Below are positions 36,063-46,073 of a DNA stretch of 59,670 nt, piece after piece. The position numbers and the translations under genes are program-made. Each line of letters begins with the position of its first letter. Positions within the stretch are counted from its first letter, which is position 1. The stretch lies in sequence record KP064094. The stretch is one strand, 5' to 3'. The notes below the pieces were generated by a model that searched no databases, was not told the DNA's origin, and saw nothing but the letters and a program-made list of their open reading frames with translations. The stretch is from Escherichia phage CAjan.

Positions 36063-38039
36063 TTAGAACGGAACGTAATCCGGATCTTCTACTTGTACAG
36101 GGTTAACCACATTGTTTACCGTTATACCTTGCGTATTCTGCGAAACAATATCGTCCCAGCTTACATCATCGTTATAGCTCGGACCTTCTGTTGTTCCATC
36201 CTGCCCGTATACTTTAACCTGAATAGCTTCGTCGTCCTGTGGAGCTTCAAACTTACCGAAACAAGTACCATCATAATCATAGTTCAATATCTCAGGCCAT
36301 TTCTTATTGGTATGAACTTTGATGTATTTTGGTGTTTTAAGCATTGCAGCAACATCAAGGGCTTCTTCAATAGTTTGTGGTAAAGGTAAATGTGTCCTTT
36401 TCTTCCACCATGCCACCGCTTTACGACCCGCCCAGTCCCCATGAAGCAGAGCTACCCATTCACTGAATATTTTACTACCGCAATAATAAGTCACCTTCAT
36501 TGTTGGAGGTTTAGAGCTGTCATTGCGTTTAGTGTGCTTCGCATAAGTAACATGCGTAACTTTAAAGTCTTCAACTACTGGAATATCCTGCTTGATCAGG
36601 GCTTCCGTACTTGCAGCTTTCTTGAGTTTGGTCTGGAACTTAAACTCATGGCCGCAAAAGCCTTCTTTAACGTAATCCGTCCCGCGTAGCCTAAAACCTT
36701 TCAGATATAATTGTTGAACTTGTTCCTGTGTGACGCTGTCCATTGGGATTGGTGCGAAGCCACCGCAATAGCGAGCGGATGCATGATTATACGACCCACA
36801 TACATCGCATTCTTTAACCGGAGCAGTGCCAGCACCTTTTTCGCCCGGGCGCTTGGGTTTAACAGGGTCGTTAATAGGGCCCAAACGGCGCGTATTACCG
36901 CTGAAATCCAGTACAAGGCAGTTCTGCTTGGGGCTTGCCGCAATAGCTTGTAAGCGTCCCTCCTGCGTGGAAAGATCAAAGCCCTCCGCGTACACCGGAC
37001 GCGTACCGCGACCCAGCATCTGAACCCATAGCACCGCCGACGCAGTGGGACGGAGCATGATAATTAAGTCCAGCATTGGATGATCAAAACCTGTGGTTAA
37101 GACGTTGTTGTTCGTTAATGCTCGAAATTCACCGCGCTTGAATTTTTCAATAATCTCGTCACGTTCTTTTGCATCAAGCTTAGAGTGAATACATCCACAG
37201 CTAATACCCATATCGTTCAGCATATCACACGCGTCTTTAGCGTGTTCAATGCCAGAACAAAATATAAGCCAGCTTTGACGGTCTTCACCACATTCAATCG
37301 CTTCCTCAAGTGCGCGGAGTGTTGCGTCATCGCGGTTTACCGCACTTTGCAGCTCACTCTGGATAAACTCACCGCCGCGTTTACCTACCCCGTTGAGGTC
37401 CAGCTCCATCTTAGTACGCTTTGGCACAACCGGAAGAAGATAACCTTGTTCCAGAAACCAGTTGAAGGCTTCCGGAGTAGTTGCATCAAACGTTACCTTA
37501 TCAAATAACGCATCATCGTCTTCGTTTTCCTTAACAATTGAACCATACCCCAGTCGATAAGGTGTAGCAGTAAGACCGATGATTTTTAAGTAAGGGTTAA
37601 CTTCACGCAACGCTGCAAAGAACTTCTTATACATTGTTGCATCACGCGGACTAATAAGATGCGCTTCGTCCACAAAAATAAGATCAACTTTGCCGAACTT
37701 TTTCGGATGCTTAGCAACGGACGCAATCCCTGCAAAGGTAATAAGATTGTAGACTTCTTTACGCTTCAAACCCGCGCTGTAAATACCTGCTGGCGCTTCG
37801 GGCCAGACTTTCATTAATTTATCATAGTTTTGTGCAATTAACTCTTTGACGTGAGTTAACATCATTACGCGCTGGTTTGGATACCATTTGTAAAGCAGAT
37901 CGAGGAACCCCGCGATAACGAGCGATTTTCCTGTCCCTGTTGGTAACAGGATCAAAGGGTTCCCCGCGTTACCCTTTTCAGCATCAAAATAGCGGAATAC
38001 GCTATAAACTGCTTCCTGTTGATAATCGCGGAGTTGCAT
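36063..38039 (-). CDS. superfamily II DNA helicase (DEAH-box)
   Basis: 658 aa; Walker A LLPTGTGKS, Walker B VDEAH, motif III TATP, motif VI QMLGRGTR; C-terminal extension with Cys cluster. Confidence 0.8.
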   Translation of the reverse strand: MQLRDYQQEAVYSVFRYFDAEKGNAGNPLILLPTGTGKSLVIAGFLDLLYKWYPNQRVMMLTHVKELIAQNYDKLMKVWPEAPAGIYSAGLKRKEVYNLITFAGIASVAKHPKKFGKVDLIFVDEAHLISPRDATMYKKFFAALREVNPYLKIIGLTATPYRLGYGSIVKENEDDDALFDKVTFDATTPEAFNWFLEQGYLLPVVPKRTKMELDLNGVGKRGGEFIQSELQSAVNRDDATLRALEEAIECGEDRQSWLIFCSGIEHAKDACDMLNDMGISCGCIHSKLDAKERDEIIEKFKRGEFRALTNNNVLTTGFDHPMLDLIIMLRPTASAVLWVQMLGRGTRPVYAEGFDLSTQEGRLQAIAASPKQNCLVLDFSGNTRRLGPINDPVKPKRPGEKGAGTAPVKECDVCGSYNHASARYCGGFAPIPMDSVTQEQVQQLYLKGFRLRGTDYVKEGFCGHEFKFQTKLKKAASTEALIKQDIPVVEDFKVTHVTYAKHTKRNDSSKPPTMKVTYYCGSKIFSEWVALLHGDWAGRKAVAWWKKRTHLPLPQTIEEALDVAAMLKTPKYIKVHTNKKWPEILNYDYDGTCFGKFEAPQDDEAIQVKVYGQDGTTEGPSYNDDVSWDDIVSQNTQGITVNNVVNPVQVEDPDYVPF

Positions 38040-38040
38040 A

Positions 38041-38949
38041 TCAATCTTTCCCGTAATAATTAGCTACTTGATAGTTTTGACAACCAACTTTCTGCCCTTG
38101 CGTATCCACTGCGGCGGAATGGAAATTGCAATACCATGTTCCATCTTCTTTTGGTTCAAGGAATTGGCATGTGCGGCAGTTTACTTCCGGCATAGTTTTA
38201 CGCCAGCATAGTGAGGAGTGATCGCACCATTTACATTCGAAGAAAGTGGAATCTTTAAATGCGCGGTCCGGAATATCTGTAGCAATAGCAATCTGCACAC
38301 CACGATCAATATACATGTCCGCGGTAACAGGATCAAACGGAATAATTTCTGCGTAAACTTCATCGTCATTCTTGTTTACTGCAAGATATAACGCTGCGCC
38401 AAGACCTAGTTTTCGCATATACACGTTCATCTGTACATAGTGCTCAGGTTTAGCTTCTTTGACACCTTTAGCTTTCAGCTTTTTAAAAGACTTATCGTTA
38501 TGCGTCTTCATTTCGGTGAGCACGGGCATCCCAGGCTGCACGTCCGGACAACCTATAACCACACCATCACAGGAACCGCCAAAGTGTCCGCCAGCTTCGC
38601 TGATACGGAACTGGTGTCCATTTTCGTCCTGCTGATAGACCTGCATACCTGCCGCAAGAAGCATAGCAATGAAACGCGCTTCTTCCAGATGTCCGCGGTT
38701 AAACAGTCGAAGCTGGCGTCCGTCAAACTCTTTGCGTGTAGCCCAGCGATATCCATAGAAAAGCTTGCGTGCGCATTGCTGCCCAATAAGGGAAGCGCCT
38801 AAGTGACTGCGGTTACCGCTTTCAGGGCGATAAGCGTCTTCAATTGTGGGAATGACTACGCCAAGATACTTACGGTAAGTCCCACCCTGATCTTTTTGCA
38901 CACCGTCATTGATCGCTTGAAGTGTTTTTTCTGCAATATAAATAGCCAT
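38041..38949 (-). CDS. PD-(D/E)xK family exonuclease (RecB/Cas4-like with C-terminal Cys cluster)
   Basis: 302 aa; D...EMK core (CDGVVIG...LTEMKTH), YVQMNVY segment and four C-terminal cysteines (CKWCDHSSLC...CRTC). Confidence 0.55.
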   Translation of the reverse strand: MAIYIAEKTLQAINDGVQKDQGGTYRKYLGVVIPTIEDAYRPESGNRSHLGASLIGQQCARKLFYGYRWATRKEFDGRQLRLFNRGHLEEARFIAMLLAAGMQVYQQDENGHQFRISEAGGHFGGSCDGVVIGCPDVQPGMPVLTEMKTHNDKSFKKLKAKGVKEAKPEHYVQMNVYMRKLGLGAALYLAVNKNDDEVYAEIIPFDPVTADMYIDRGVQIAIATDIPDRAFKDSTFFECKWCDHSSLCWRKTMPEVNCRTCQFLEPKEDGTWYCNFHSAAVDTQGQKVGCQNYQVANYYGKD

Positions 38950-38961
38950 TGGAATACCTTA

Positions 38962-38988
38962 GAAAAATAAGCCGTCTTTCGACGGCTT
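38962..38988 (-). terminator. intrinsic terminator downstream of ssDNA-binding gene
   Basis: AAGCCGTC-GAAA-GACGGCTT followed by ATTTTTCT on the minus strand. Confidence 0.6.
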
Positions 38989-39014
38989 ATGGACACTACA
39001 GAGGGAGGGTTATC

Positions 39015-39902
39015 TTACTGCTGCCACGGCGGGACTGCTGCTTGTGCCGGATGCGGTTCAGCTTGCTGCTGGGGCTGAGCTTGCTGCTGAGGTGCTGCTG
39101 CCTGGCCCGGCTGTGCTACCTGCTGCGCCCACGGCTGCTGAGCTGCTTCCTGTGCTACTGGCTGTTGTACCGGAGCTTGCTGCACTGGCTGCTGTGGTGC
39201 TGCGTTTTGAGCAGGATTATCCCACGGCTGCGGTGCGGCATTCTGCCACGGTTGTGCTGCTGCGCCCTGCTGTGGTGCTGGTTGCTGCTGCACAGGCTGC
39301 TGAACTGGCTGCTGTTGCTGCACCGGAGCTTGCTGCTGTACAGGCGCTTGCTGTTGCTGTGCAAACGGGTTAGCTGCTGGTTGCTGAGGTGCTGCGCCCG
39401 GGAAAGCTGGCTGCTGTGCTGGCGCACCTGCACCGAACGGGTTAGCTACTGCCGCTTGAGCACCCATTGCTGGAGCACCTGCTTCTTTTTCTGCATACTT
39501 AACCGGATCGTTGATGTTAGCATAACCGTTAGGCTCGTTGCTGTCTTCATAACCTTCCTGAGAACGAACTTTCAGACGCAGGTTCAGCGGAATGTTATGC
39601 AGTTGAGCAGGAGTATCCCAGCGAATTACGCCAACCGCATGGGAAAGCGCGCCCAGTTGTTCGTATGCAATACGCACAGTATCTTCGTTGTCGTTGATAA
39701 CGTTGTAACGAGCAAAGATTTTACGACCTTTAGCAAAACCATCAATGATGCTAAACGTTACCTGGATCGCCATACCGCCATTTTTGGTCGGTTTAAATTC
39801 AGATGCTTCAATTACTGCTTTATACCAACCTTTCGGCAATGCGCCGTAAGAAGGTGCTTGATAGCTGCTCGCGTCAAAGTGGAAATTAGTTGGCATAGTC
39901 AT
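39015..39902 (-). CDS. putative ssDNA-binding protein (DUF669-like) with Q/A/P-rich low-complexity tail
   Basis: 295 aa; globular N-terminal about 110 aa, then a long Gln/Ala/Pro-rich tail encoded by CTG/CAG-rich DNA; next to AAA ATPase as in Sak4-type recombination modules. Confidence 0.45.
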   Translation of the reverse strand: MTMPTNFHFDASSYQAPSYGALPKGWYKAVIEASEFKPTKNGGMAIQVTFSIIDGFAKGRKIFARYNVINDNEDTVRIAYEQLGALSHAVGVIRWDTPAQLHNIPLNLRLKVRSQEGYEDSNEPNGYANINDPVKYAEKEAGAPAMGAQAAVANPFGAGAPAQQPAFPGAAPQQPAANPFAQQQQAPVQQQAPVQQQQPVQQPVQQQPAPQQGAAAQPWQNAAPQPWDNPAQNAAPQQPVQQAPVQQPVAQEAAQQPWAQQVAQPGQAAAPQQQAQPQQQAEPHPAQAAVPPWQQ

Positions 39903-40630
39903 TAGTTAATACCTTTCATTTTGTTGATAACAGAACCTAAGTGTGGGACTTCAACCGCATCTAAACGTCCCGAACGATCCTTAGCGATTGTATTAAAGTC
40001 CGGTTGAGTTTGCAAGTAACGATACGAGTTACCTTGCTGATCCTTATTTACATTCAGACGAAATACTTCGTCGAAGAAGTAAGGGAGCATTTGCCCCAAT
40101 TTGGACCCAGGCATAGATGGAGCATACGCGGTAACACCGGAGACTTCATCTTTGTCTTTGCCCATTTTAGCAGACATATAAACATGTTTGCCAGGAATAT
40201 CGCGAAACTTACGGATCAGATCTTGCATCTTTTCAAGCAAAGTACCATAAGCTTGACGAGGATCTTTCGTTCCCTTTTTCGCGTTGTTTAAACATTGTTC
40301 AGCAATTTCGCTCAAGCTGTCAAGTGCAATAGAATCGAAATACTGCTGGTTAGCTGGAGTTACACACCACTGATAAGCCGCTTCAACGTCTTCCAGACAT
40401 TTCACTTCAATTACCGGAATATCGTAGACGATGGGCAAACCCATGTTACCATAAACACGGTTAAGGTTTTCCGCTGCAATAGACAACAGACCGGATTCTG
40501 CGCTGATTAAAATTGGTTTAGGTAGTGTGGCTACAAGGCTGGTTTTACCCATACCTGCTTCACCGTAAACCAGAATTTTAACACCTGTGTCCTGCACAAC
40601 TTGTGAAGACATTTTAATTTCAATGGCCAT
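39902..40630 (-). CDS. AAA ATPase (Sak4/RecA-like recombination ATPase)
   Basis: 242 aa; Walker A GEAGMGKTS near N-terminus and Walker B-like hydrophobic-D segment. Confidence 0.6.
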   Translation of the reverse strand: MAIEIKMSSQVVQDTGVKILVYGEAGMGKTSLVATLPKPILISAESGLLSIAAENLNRVYGNMGLPIVYDIPVIEVKCLEDVEAAYQWCVTPANQQYFDSIALDSLSEIAEQCLNNAKKGTKDPRQAYGTLLEKMQDLIRKFRDIPGKHVYMSAKMGKDKDEVSGVTAYAPSMPGSKLGQMLPYFFDEVFRLNVNKDQQGNSYRYLQTQPDFNTIAKDRSGRLDAVEVPHLGSVINKMKGIN

Positions 40631-40695
40631 TTAACGCCTCTCTTTTAAGTTCGCGCTCATTGTAACGTAATATACTTTGAACCCTCAATTACTTT

Positions 40696-41622
40696 TTAAT
40701 CTAAAGCCTGATCACTTTCATCGCGGAAATGCATAAAGTTTGCAAAACGCGGTTTATCTTTCACGCCATGAGGGAAGTGTTTATATGAAATAGTCCGACC
40801 TTTAATTTTGTCAGGGTTATTCCAATAATAAATCTTATCCTCTTGCGTTAGTTTACCAGGACTAACGTTGATTGTATTGCCCGTCTTAACGTCTTTACAA
40901 ACCAACGTCCCGATCATACCGTTAGGAACTTTATTTTCCTGATGCGAAGATCGTGTAGTCCTGCCCAGCTCGTTAACAGTAGCTTCATTAAGGTTAGTTT
41001 CACCCTCAATAATATCAAGGACAATAGCATCTTCCTGAATAAAGCGTTTAATACGAAGATATCCACCTTCACGAACTGTGCCGCGCCCATGTTTATAAGG
41101 CTTGTCAGGATCACGGATAATAATACCTTCATAACCCATATCAAGCCAGATGTTTTCCCAGTAGAGCAACTCTTCTAAAGACTTAACCACATACATTGGC
41201 ACAACTTGCAGGTCGAGCAATTCACCTTTCGCGTGCTGTGTGGTTATAAAATCTTTCATCATGTTGTAGCGGGCTTCATAGCCCAGCTCTGCAACACTCT
41301 CAGCGCACAGATCAAAGATGTGCCATTTCAGGAACGGTTCACCTTCAATTGTGTTTACCGCACTGGTTGTTTTACGACACAGGTCTGGATCTGTTTCCAC
41401 CCCTGCCGCAAGCTCACCGTCATAGCCCATGTATTGAGAACCGCTGAAAATTGCGCTGGTATGGCGGTTTTTAAACAGCTTTAAGCTTCGCCCTACTATC
41501 TGCCCGTCCGGATTTAAACCGCGTACACCGTCGATTTTAGGCAGTATACAGCACGGAAACTTAATCTTTTCTTCAACCGCGTCAGTCGCTAAATGTGGTT
41601 TAAATGCCATTGTTAACCTCAT
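40696..41622 (-). CDS. ATP-dependent DNA ligase
   Basis: 308 aa with KIDGVRG adenylation motif (KxDG) and downstream ligase-like motifs; alternative ATG at 41610. Confidence 0.8.
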   Translation of the reverse strand: MRLTMAFKPHLATDAVEEKIKFPCCILPKIDGVRGLNPDGQIVGRSLKLFKNRHTSAIFSGSQYMGYDGELAAGVETDPDLCRKTTSAVNTIEGEPFLKWHIFDLCAESVAELGYEARYNMMKDFITTQHAKGELLDLQVVPMYVVKSLEELLYWENIWLDMGYEGIIIRDPDKPYKHGRGTVREGGYLRIKRFIQEDAIVLDIIEGETNLNEATVNELGRTTRSSHQENKVPNGMIGTLVCKDVKTGNTINVSPGKLTQEDKIYYWNNPDKIKGRTISYKHFPHGVKDKPRFANFMHFRDESDQALD

Positions 41623-42242
41623 TCATAATAATCATGTTGATGAGAACTGCCACGTATACCGCAACGTTCTAAAAGTATTGCAGCTTTTTGAGCTTTCTCT
41701 TTCATACGGGTATTACGGCGTAAATGTCCGCTACCCTTTTTAGGTCTATTTTCCTTTTTCTTTGCTTCGGAAATAAGCTCTTTGCATTCCTGCAAACGGA
41801 TCTTGCTTCTTTCCAATCGCATAGCAGAACGCGCACGTTCATCGCAAAATCTTTGGGCTTTACTACGCTGGTCCTGATTAGCTGTATGACCTTTAACGTG
41901 GCGGAACTCAATAGTTAGATTATATTTACGCAATTGATCGTTCAACCATTTGAAAGCTACACCTTCCTGTTCACTTTTCCAGCTTGCTTCTTTATACACT
42001 TTAATAGCTGTTGAACAATCTGTTTGCACAATTAAATGATCGCCTGGATGGATTAATTTAGCCTTCATCCCCTCCCAAATAACATTACAGATTGCCATTG
42101 TTTCAGCTGCATTATTATCAGGAGCTCCACGTAACGGCCCACCGTTAGCGTTATTTCCACGGTTGCACACTACCCAGCCACCGTATCCCGCGGCTTTTGT
42201 ATTTGGACAAAAACTTGCATCAGATATAATTGTTACTCTCAT
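41619..42242 (-). CDS. ribonuclease H
   Basis: 207 aa; RNase H-like catalytic pattern (ISDASF, AAETMA, QTDCS, KGH) with basic C-terminal tail. Confidence 0.75.
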   Translation of the reverse strand: MRVTIISDASFCPNTKAAGYGGWVVCNRGNNANGGPLRGAPDNNAAETMAICNVIWEGMKAKLIHPGDHLIVQTDCSTAIKVYKEASWKSEQEGVAFKWLNDQLRKYNLTIEFRHVKGHTANQDQRSKAQRFCDERARSAMRLERSKIRLQECKELISEAKKKENRPKKGSGHLRRNTRMKEKAQKAAILLERCGIRGSSHQHDYYE

Positions 42243-42255
42243 TATTTATCCTTAA

Positions 42256-42280
42256 TAAAAAGGGGTCTGTTGACCCCTTA
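42256..42280 (-). terminator. intrinsic terminator
   Basis: AGGGGTC-AACA-GACCCCT followed by TTTTTATT on the minus strand. Confidence 0.6.
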
Positions 42281-42283
42281 TAG

Positions 42284-42514
42284 TTATGCAGGAATGGATT
42301 CTTCCGGTGCTTCCGGAATAACAATCTCAATTTCTTCCTCATTCTGGAAGGTTAGTCGAAACCCGTCTCCTGGACGCCCGAAAGCAAAGGTAAGGGCTAT
42401 CGTATTATCCTGCTCGTAATGACAGATGCTTTCTACTTTCATTTCGTTACCGTAAAAGTCACGGTAAATCATTCCAGGAAGTGCATCGGTCGCTTTGATC
42501 TTTCTTACAGCCAT
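42284..42514 (-). CDS. hypothetical protein
   Basis: 76-aa ORF with SD GGGGGA. Confidence 0.4.
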   Translation of the reverse strand: MAVRKIKATDALPGMIYRDFYGNEMKVESICHYEQDNTIALTFAFGRPGDGFRLTFQNEEEIEIVIPEAPEESIPA

Positions 42515-42525
42515 TATTCCCCCGT

Positions 42526-43317
42526 TTACAGTTTGTCTTTGAACTCTTCGATATATTGCTCGATCGGATACTGCTTACGCTTGAAACGATCAAACAAGAT
42601 TTTAGCAGATTCTACGTCTTCGTCGCTCTCTTTACTTGCGCCCGGTGCCATAAAATCACGCCATGTAAAACCGTTCAGATTATGCATCTTAGCGATGTGC
42701 TTGTTGTAACGGCTTTCCCAGTCCACACGCGGATCTTCCATCTTGCGTAAACCGCGCCCAAGCACCTGTACATATAGATCTTTCTGACGTTGTACAGCTT
42801 CGCCATTATAAGGTCCGGTTTTAAACTCAACAACACTACCGTTAAGATCTACACCATCTGCAAAGTTGTGTAGCATAGTTTCAATGACGTCATTCAATGT
42901 TGGAACCGTCACTTTACCCTGAGCAATACCTGCTAAATAACCGACGTTTTCTTCACCGTACAACTCGATCAGTTCTTTCTTGGTTGCTTCTGCTTCTTTG
43001 TTTGCGGACAAAGCCAACATCTGTTGTTCGAACATGTGTTCCTGTTCCAGGAAGTGAGCATAGCGCTCTTCGTCTACTTTGCACACAATCCATTTATATT
43101 CAACATCCTTGCTGAAGTCCGGATACTGATCTACTTCTACTACTTCCGTAGTAAAGAACTTGCCGTTATATTGAATAACAACTGTATCGCCCGGCTGCAA
43201 TTCGTCACTTTCCAGAGCACGGTAGGTATAAAGGCGACCACCTGCTTCAAACTTAACTTTGACAGTCACAACGCCTTTTAACAGAGCATGATAAGCTTTC
43301 TGAAATTCTTTACGCAT
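42526..43317 (-). CDS. hypothetical protein
   Basis: 263-aa ORF with SD GAGGA. Confidence 0.45.
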   Translation of the reverse strand: MRKEFQKAYHALLKGVVTVKVKFEAGGRLYTYRALESDELQPGDTVVIQYNGKFFTTEVVEVDQYPDFSKDVEYKWIVCKVDEERYAHFLEQEHMFEQQMLALSANKEAEATKKELIELYGEENVGYLAGIAQGKVTVPTLNDVIETMLHNFADGVDLNGSVVEFKTGPYNGEAVQRQKDLYVQVLGRGLRKMEDPRVDWESRYNKHIAKMHNLNGFTWRDFMAPGASKESDEDVESAKILFDRFKRKQYPIEQYIEEFKDKL

Positions 43318-43358
43318 TTTAGTTTCCTCTTGGGCGGATTGACCGCCCGTTAATGTGG

Positions 43359-43769
43359 TTAGGCTTTATTCGGCACAATTTCCAGAGACGCGGAACCAAC
43401 TTTCGATTCAACGCACTGGTTAAAGACTGCGGCTTGCTCCGCTGTAAGTTTACGCCAAGCCGCAACTTTCAACACAGGTTTATTTTCCACAAGCTGATCA
43501 ACGTTAACACCAACTTTAATCAGATCGCCCAGGATTCCGTTAAGGCTTGGAAGATCAATCTTGCGATCAATCTTGTGTGTCATTTTCATAACCCCGCCAG
43601 TAATTTCAACTTTATTAGTCCCTTCTGATGGAGCAGGGAAATAGGACTTAATAATCTTTTCGCGTAGTGCTCGCTCGCGAGCTTGAAGCTTTTGTAATTC
43701 TGCTTTGGTTTTATACCACTCAATAACATCTGCTTCGGTTGCTTGTACTGCTTTATCTGCGTCGAACAT
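43359..43769 (-). CDS. hypothetical protein
   Basis: about 136 aa from ATG 43769 with SD AGAGGA (track start 43829 is TTG). Confidence 0.4.
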   Translation of the reverse strand: MFDADKAVQATEADVIEWYKTKAELQKLQARERALREKIIKSYFPAPSEGTNKVEITGGVMKMTHKIDRKIDLPSLNGILGDLIKVGVNVDQLVENKPVLKVAAWRKLTAEQAAVFNQCVESKVGSASLEIVPNKA

Positions 43770-44010
43770 TTTTCTATCCTCTGTTGTGTTTCGATGTATG
43801 TATAATAGCACATCCATGTGACAGGGCAAGACTCAATTCGTATCAATTAATCTTTTTAAACGGATTAGTAATCTAGCAACCTTCCTCCATTCAGCATCCT
43901 CCATTAATGGTGAAGGCTTATACGCTTCAGGTATCGGACAAGGTATATAGGGTTCCATGTCAGATATTACTTGCTTTGATAACTTTTTCTTCCGTTTACC
44001 CATAAATAGC

Positions 44011-44667
44011 CTATTTCAAATAGCGGGAAGTCATAATTGGATGCAGAGACACTTCTTCCTCAGATGTAACCACATTGGTAGCAGGTACAAAGTTGTTTGA
44101 CTGCTCGTCTCCAAGTTTCCACCCTTTGCCGTTACCCTTTTTAAGTTCGCCCGTACCAGTGGACCCAAAGCCATTAACACCGCGCTCAGTGGTCTTAAGC
44201 TCGTCCACTTCTACCAGTTGCACGCTGGGCAGCTTAATAAGCATAGCTTGCGCAATGCGATCACCATGATTGACAGTAAAACTACCATCGTTATCAATAG
44301 TAATCTTAACCTTAAGTTCCCCAGTGTAGTCGCTATCAATGACGCCCACGCAGTTTGCCAGACGCACGTCGTTTTTGAATCCGTGTCCGCTACGGGAATA
44401 CACCATAAGCGCGTGACCTTCAGGAATATCAAACGCCAATCCTGTGCGGAATATGTGCTCGTAAGAGAAAATAATTTGCTCACATCCATCTTCACTCTTA
44501 AGATCCGCGTGCAGGTCAAAGCAAGCTGCCCCCGCACTGGCAAACGATGGAAGAATTGCGCTGTCTGTTAAGCGTTTCACCCCGAGAAGAGTTGGCGCAA
44601 AGGATGCAGCAGTTACGCTAGAATTAGTTATAGAAATAGTGTGCATATTATTTAATACGTCCGTCAT
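44011..44667 (-). CDS. dut: dUTP diphosphatase
   Basis: 218 aa with the five dUTPase motifs (AGAACFDL, RSGHGF, GVIDSDYTGE, GDRIAQ, RGVNGFGSTG). Confidence 0.85.
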   Translation of the reverse strand: MTDVLNNMHTISITNSSVTAASFAPTLLGVKRLTDSAILPSFASAGAACFDLHADLKSEDGCEQIIFSYEHIFRTGLAFDIPEGHALMVYSRSGHGFKNDVRLANCVGVIDSDYTGELKVKITIDNDGSFTVNHGDRIAQAMLIKLPSVQLVEVDELKTTERGVNGFGSTGTGELKKGNGKGWKLGDEQSNNFVPATNVVTSEEEVSLHPIMTSRYLK

Positions 44668-44676
44668 AATTTCACC

Positions 44677-45144
44677 TTATTGGATTGAACCGCGATCAAT
44701 TAACCATTGTTTCGCGTGCGCTTTAAAGATAATGCGGTAGTCATCGAGACTAATTTCCGCGCGGATGGAATCTTTAACTTCATACCACTGCCATTCACCA
44801 TTACTGAAGACAACCGGATTAAGCGGTAGAACGACCTTCCATCCTTTACGTTCTATTTTATACATCAGAACTGGATATCTGCCAAGCTCTTTAGCAGATT
44901 GGACAGTCTGCTTCCACCATGTGTTTACTTGTGGCGTAGCATGGTTTTTTACTTCAACCGCATGGTGGCATGTATTGCTGATATCACAACCACCGACAGC
45001 ACTTTGATTCTGGTTTCGCTGAGCAATAGGTTTTTCCGGTAACTGCATCCCCAGCTCTGCGTAGATTTCGGCATAAATTGCATTAAAGAAATCACATACT
45101 TCCCGCTCACCGCGTTGACCTTTAGCGCGAATATTTACTGCCAT
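44677..45144 (-). CDS. putative Holliday-junction resolvase-like PD-(D/E)xK nuclease
   Basis: about 155 aa from ATG 45144 (SD GGAGA); RGEREV...GGCDIS...AVEVKN pattern resembles Hjc/VRR-NUC type nucleases. Confidence 0.45.
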   Translation of the reverse strand: MAVNIRAKGQRGEREVCDFFNAIYAEIYAELGMQLPEKPIAQRNQNQSAVGGCDISNTCHHAVEVKNHATPQVNTWWKQTVQSAKELGRYPVLMYKIERKGWKVVLPLNPVVFSNGEWQWYEVKDSIRAEISLDDYRIIFKAHAKQWLIDRGSIQ

Positions 45145-45215
45145 GTTTGTCTCCATAACTTTAATGTAAAACACTTCATAAAGAATTTTATATTGAAGTT
45201 ATGTTGATCGCAAGG

Positions 45216-45249
45216 AACAAAAAAGCCCAGGCATAAGGATTCCTGGGCT
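45216..45249 (-). terminator. intrinsic terminator
   Basis: GCCCAGG / CCTGGGC stem followed by TTTTTTGT on the minus strand. Confidence 0.5.
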
Positions 45250-45561
45250 CTCTTGATTGTCGGATAGCTTACTTTGACTGCCGTCTTCGTCTATCCTGGC
45301 CTACTTGTACAGCCTCGCCAAAGGCTGGTGACGGTTTGGTACATCTGGCGCCGTCTCGTTAAACATCGTTTACATCGTTCAGTAAGTTGCGGGTTTATCC
45401 TGTCCGCTCCAGGAAGCCCAGCGAAAGTAGTTGCTGTAAGGAGGTACAGCTACCGCTTTCAAGGGCTTGAGTTAAGCATCGTTCACTAAGTTAATGTTGT
45501 TAAATTGTTAAACCTCGTTAACTGTGGTTATCTTAAAGGATGCAGTCTTGAATGGCAAGCT

Positions 45562-45879
45562 TCAATTTTGCGCGGTTCCCTTTGCCGCTTTTGGTGCTAA
45601 AGTACCGTCGTCTAACATCAACTCAAAACCTGTTACTTGATCGGTTGGAACAATAGGGTAATTCATAATAGCCATGTGGATACGATTCCCTCCGTCACAT
45701 TCATCGATGTATTCATTACCCCAATAGTATAAATGACCATCTCTTCGAATATCCATTGCTGTTGGGAAATCTACAAGAATTCTTTTGATTTCTTTTCGTC
45801 CTTCTTTATGTAGATTAGTTTCAATACGGATAAGCTCCGCATAAATTGCTTCACAGATAGTGTTTACAATACTCATCAT
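45562..45879 (-). CDS. hypothetical protein
   Basis: 105-aa ORF with SD AAGGGG. Confidence 0.4.
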   Translation of the reverse strand: MMSIVNTICEAIYAELIRIETNLHKEGRKEIKRILVDFPTAMDIRRDGHLYYWGNEYIDECDGGNRIHMAIMNYPIVPTDQVTGFELMLDDGTLAPKAAKGTAQN

Positions 45880-46073
45880 TTACCCCTTAAGTTTTGAATC
45901 ATTCTATCACAGGCAGCTTTTACAGAAGAGTTTTGCCAGTCTTCCTCAATTTGTGAAGGTTCTTCAGGTGAATAAGCAGCACTAATCAAGCACTGATTAT
46001 AACCTTCAATATAAGCCTGTTTTGCGGTATCTACTATTGATTGTAAAGCGATATTGAATAATTGTTCAGACAT
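45876..46073 (-). CDS. hypothetical small protein
   Basis: 65 aa from ATG 46073 with SD GAGGTG; track ORF extends further upstream. Confidence 0.35.
   Translation of the reverse strand: MSEQLFNIALQSIVDTAKQAYIEGYNQCLISAAYSPEEPSQIEEDWQNSSVKAACDRMIQNLRGK

Noticed and set aside
38949-39905. 318-aa plus-strand ORF rich in Leu/Cys/Arg
   Set aside because: Antisense to the putative ssDNA-binding gene; its low-complexity product is an artefact of the CTG/CAG-rich tract, and it has no SD.
45250-45561. tRNA gene in the long non-coding gap
   Set aside because: No cloverleaf-compatible stems or T-loop GTTCRA-like motif found by eye.
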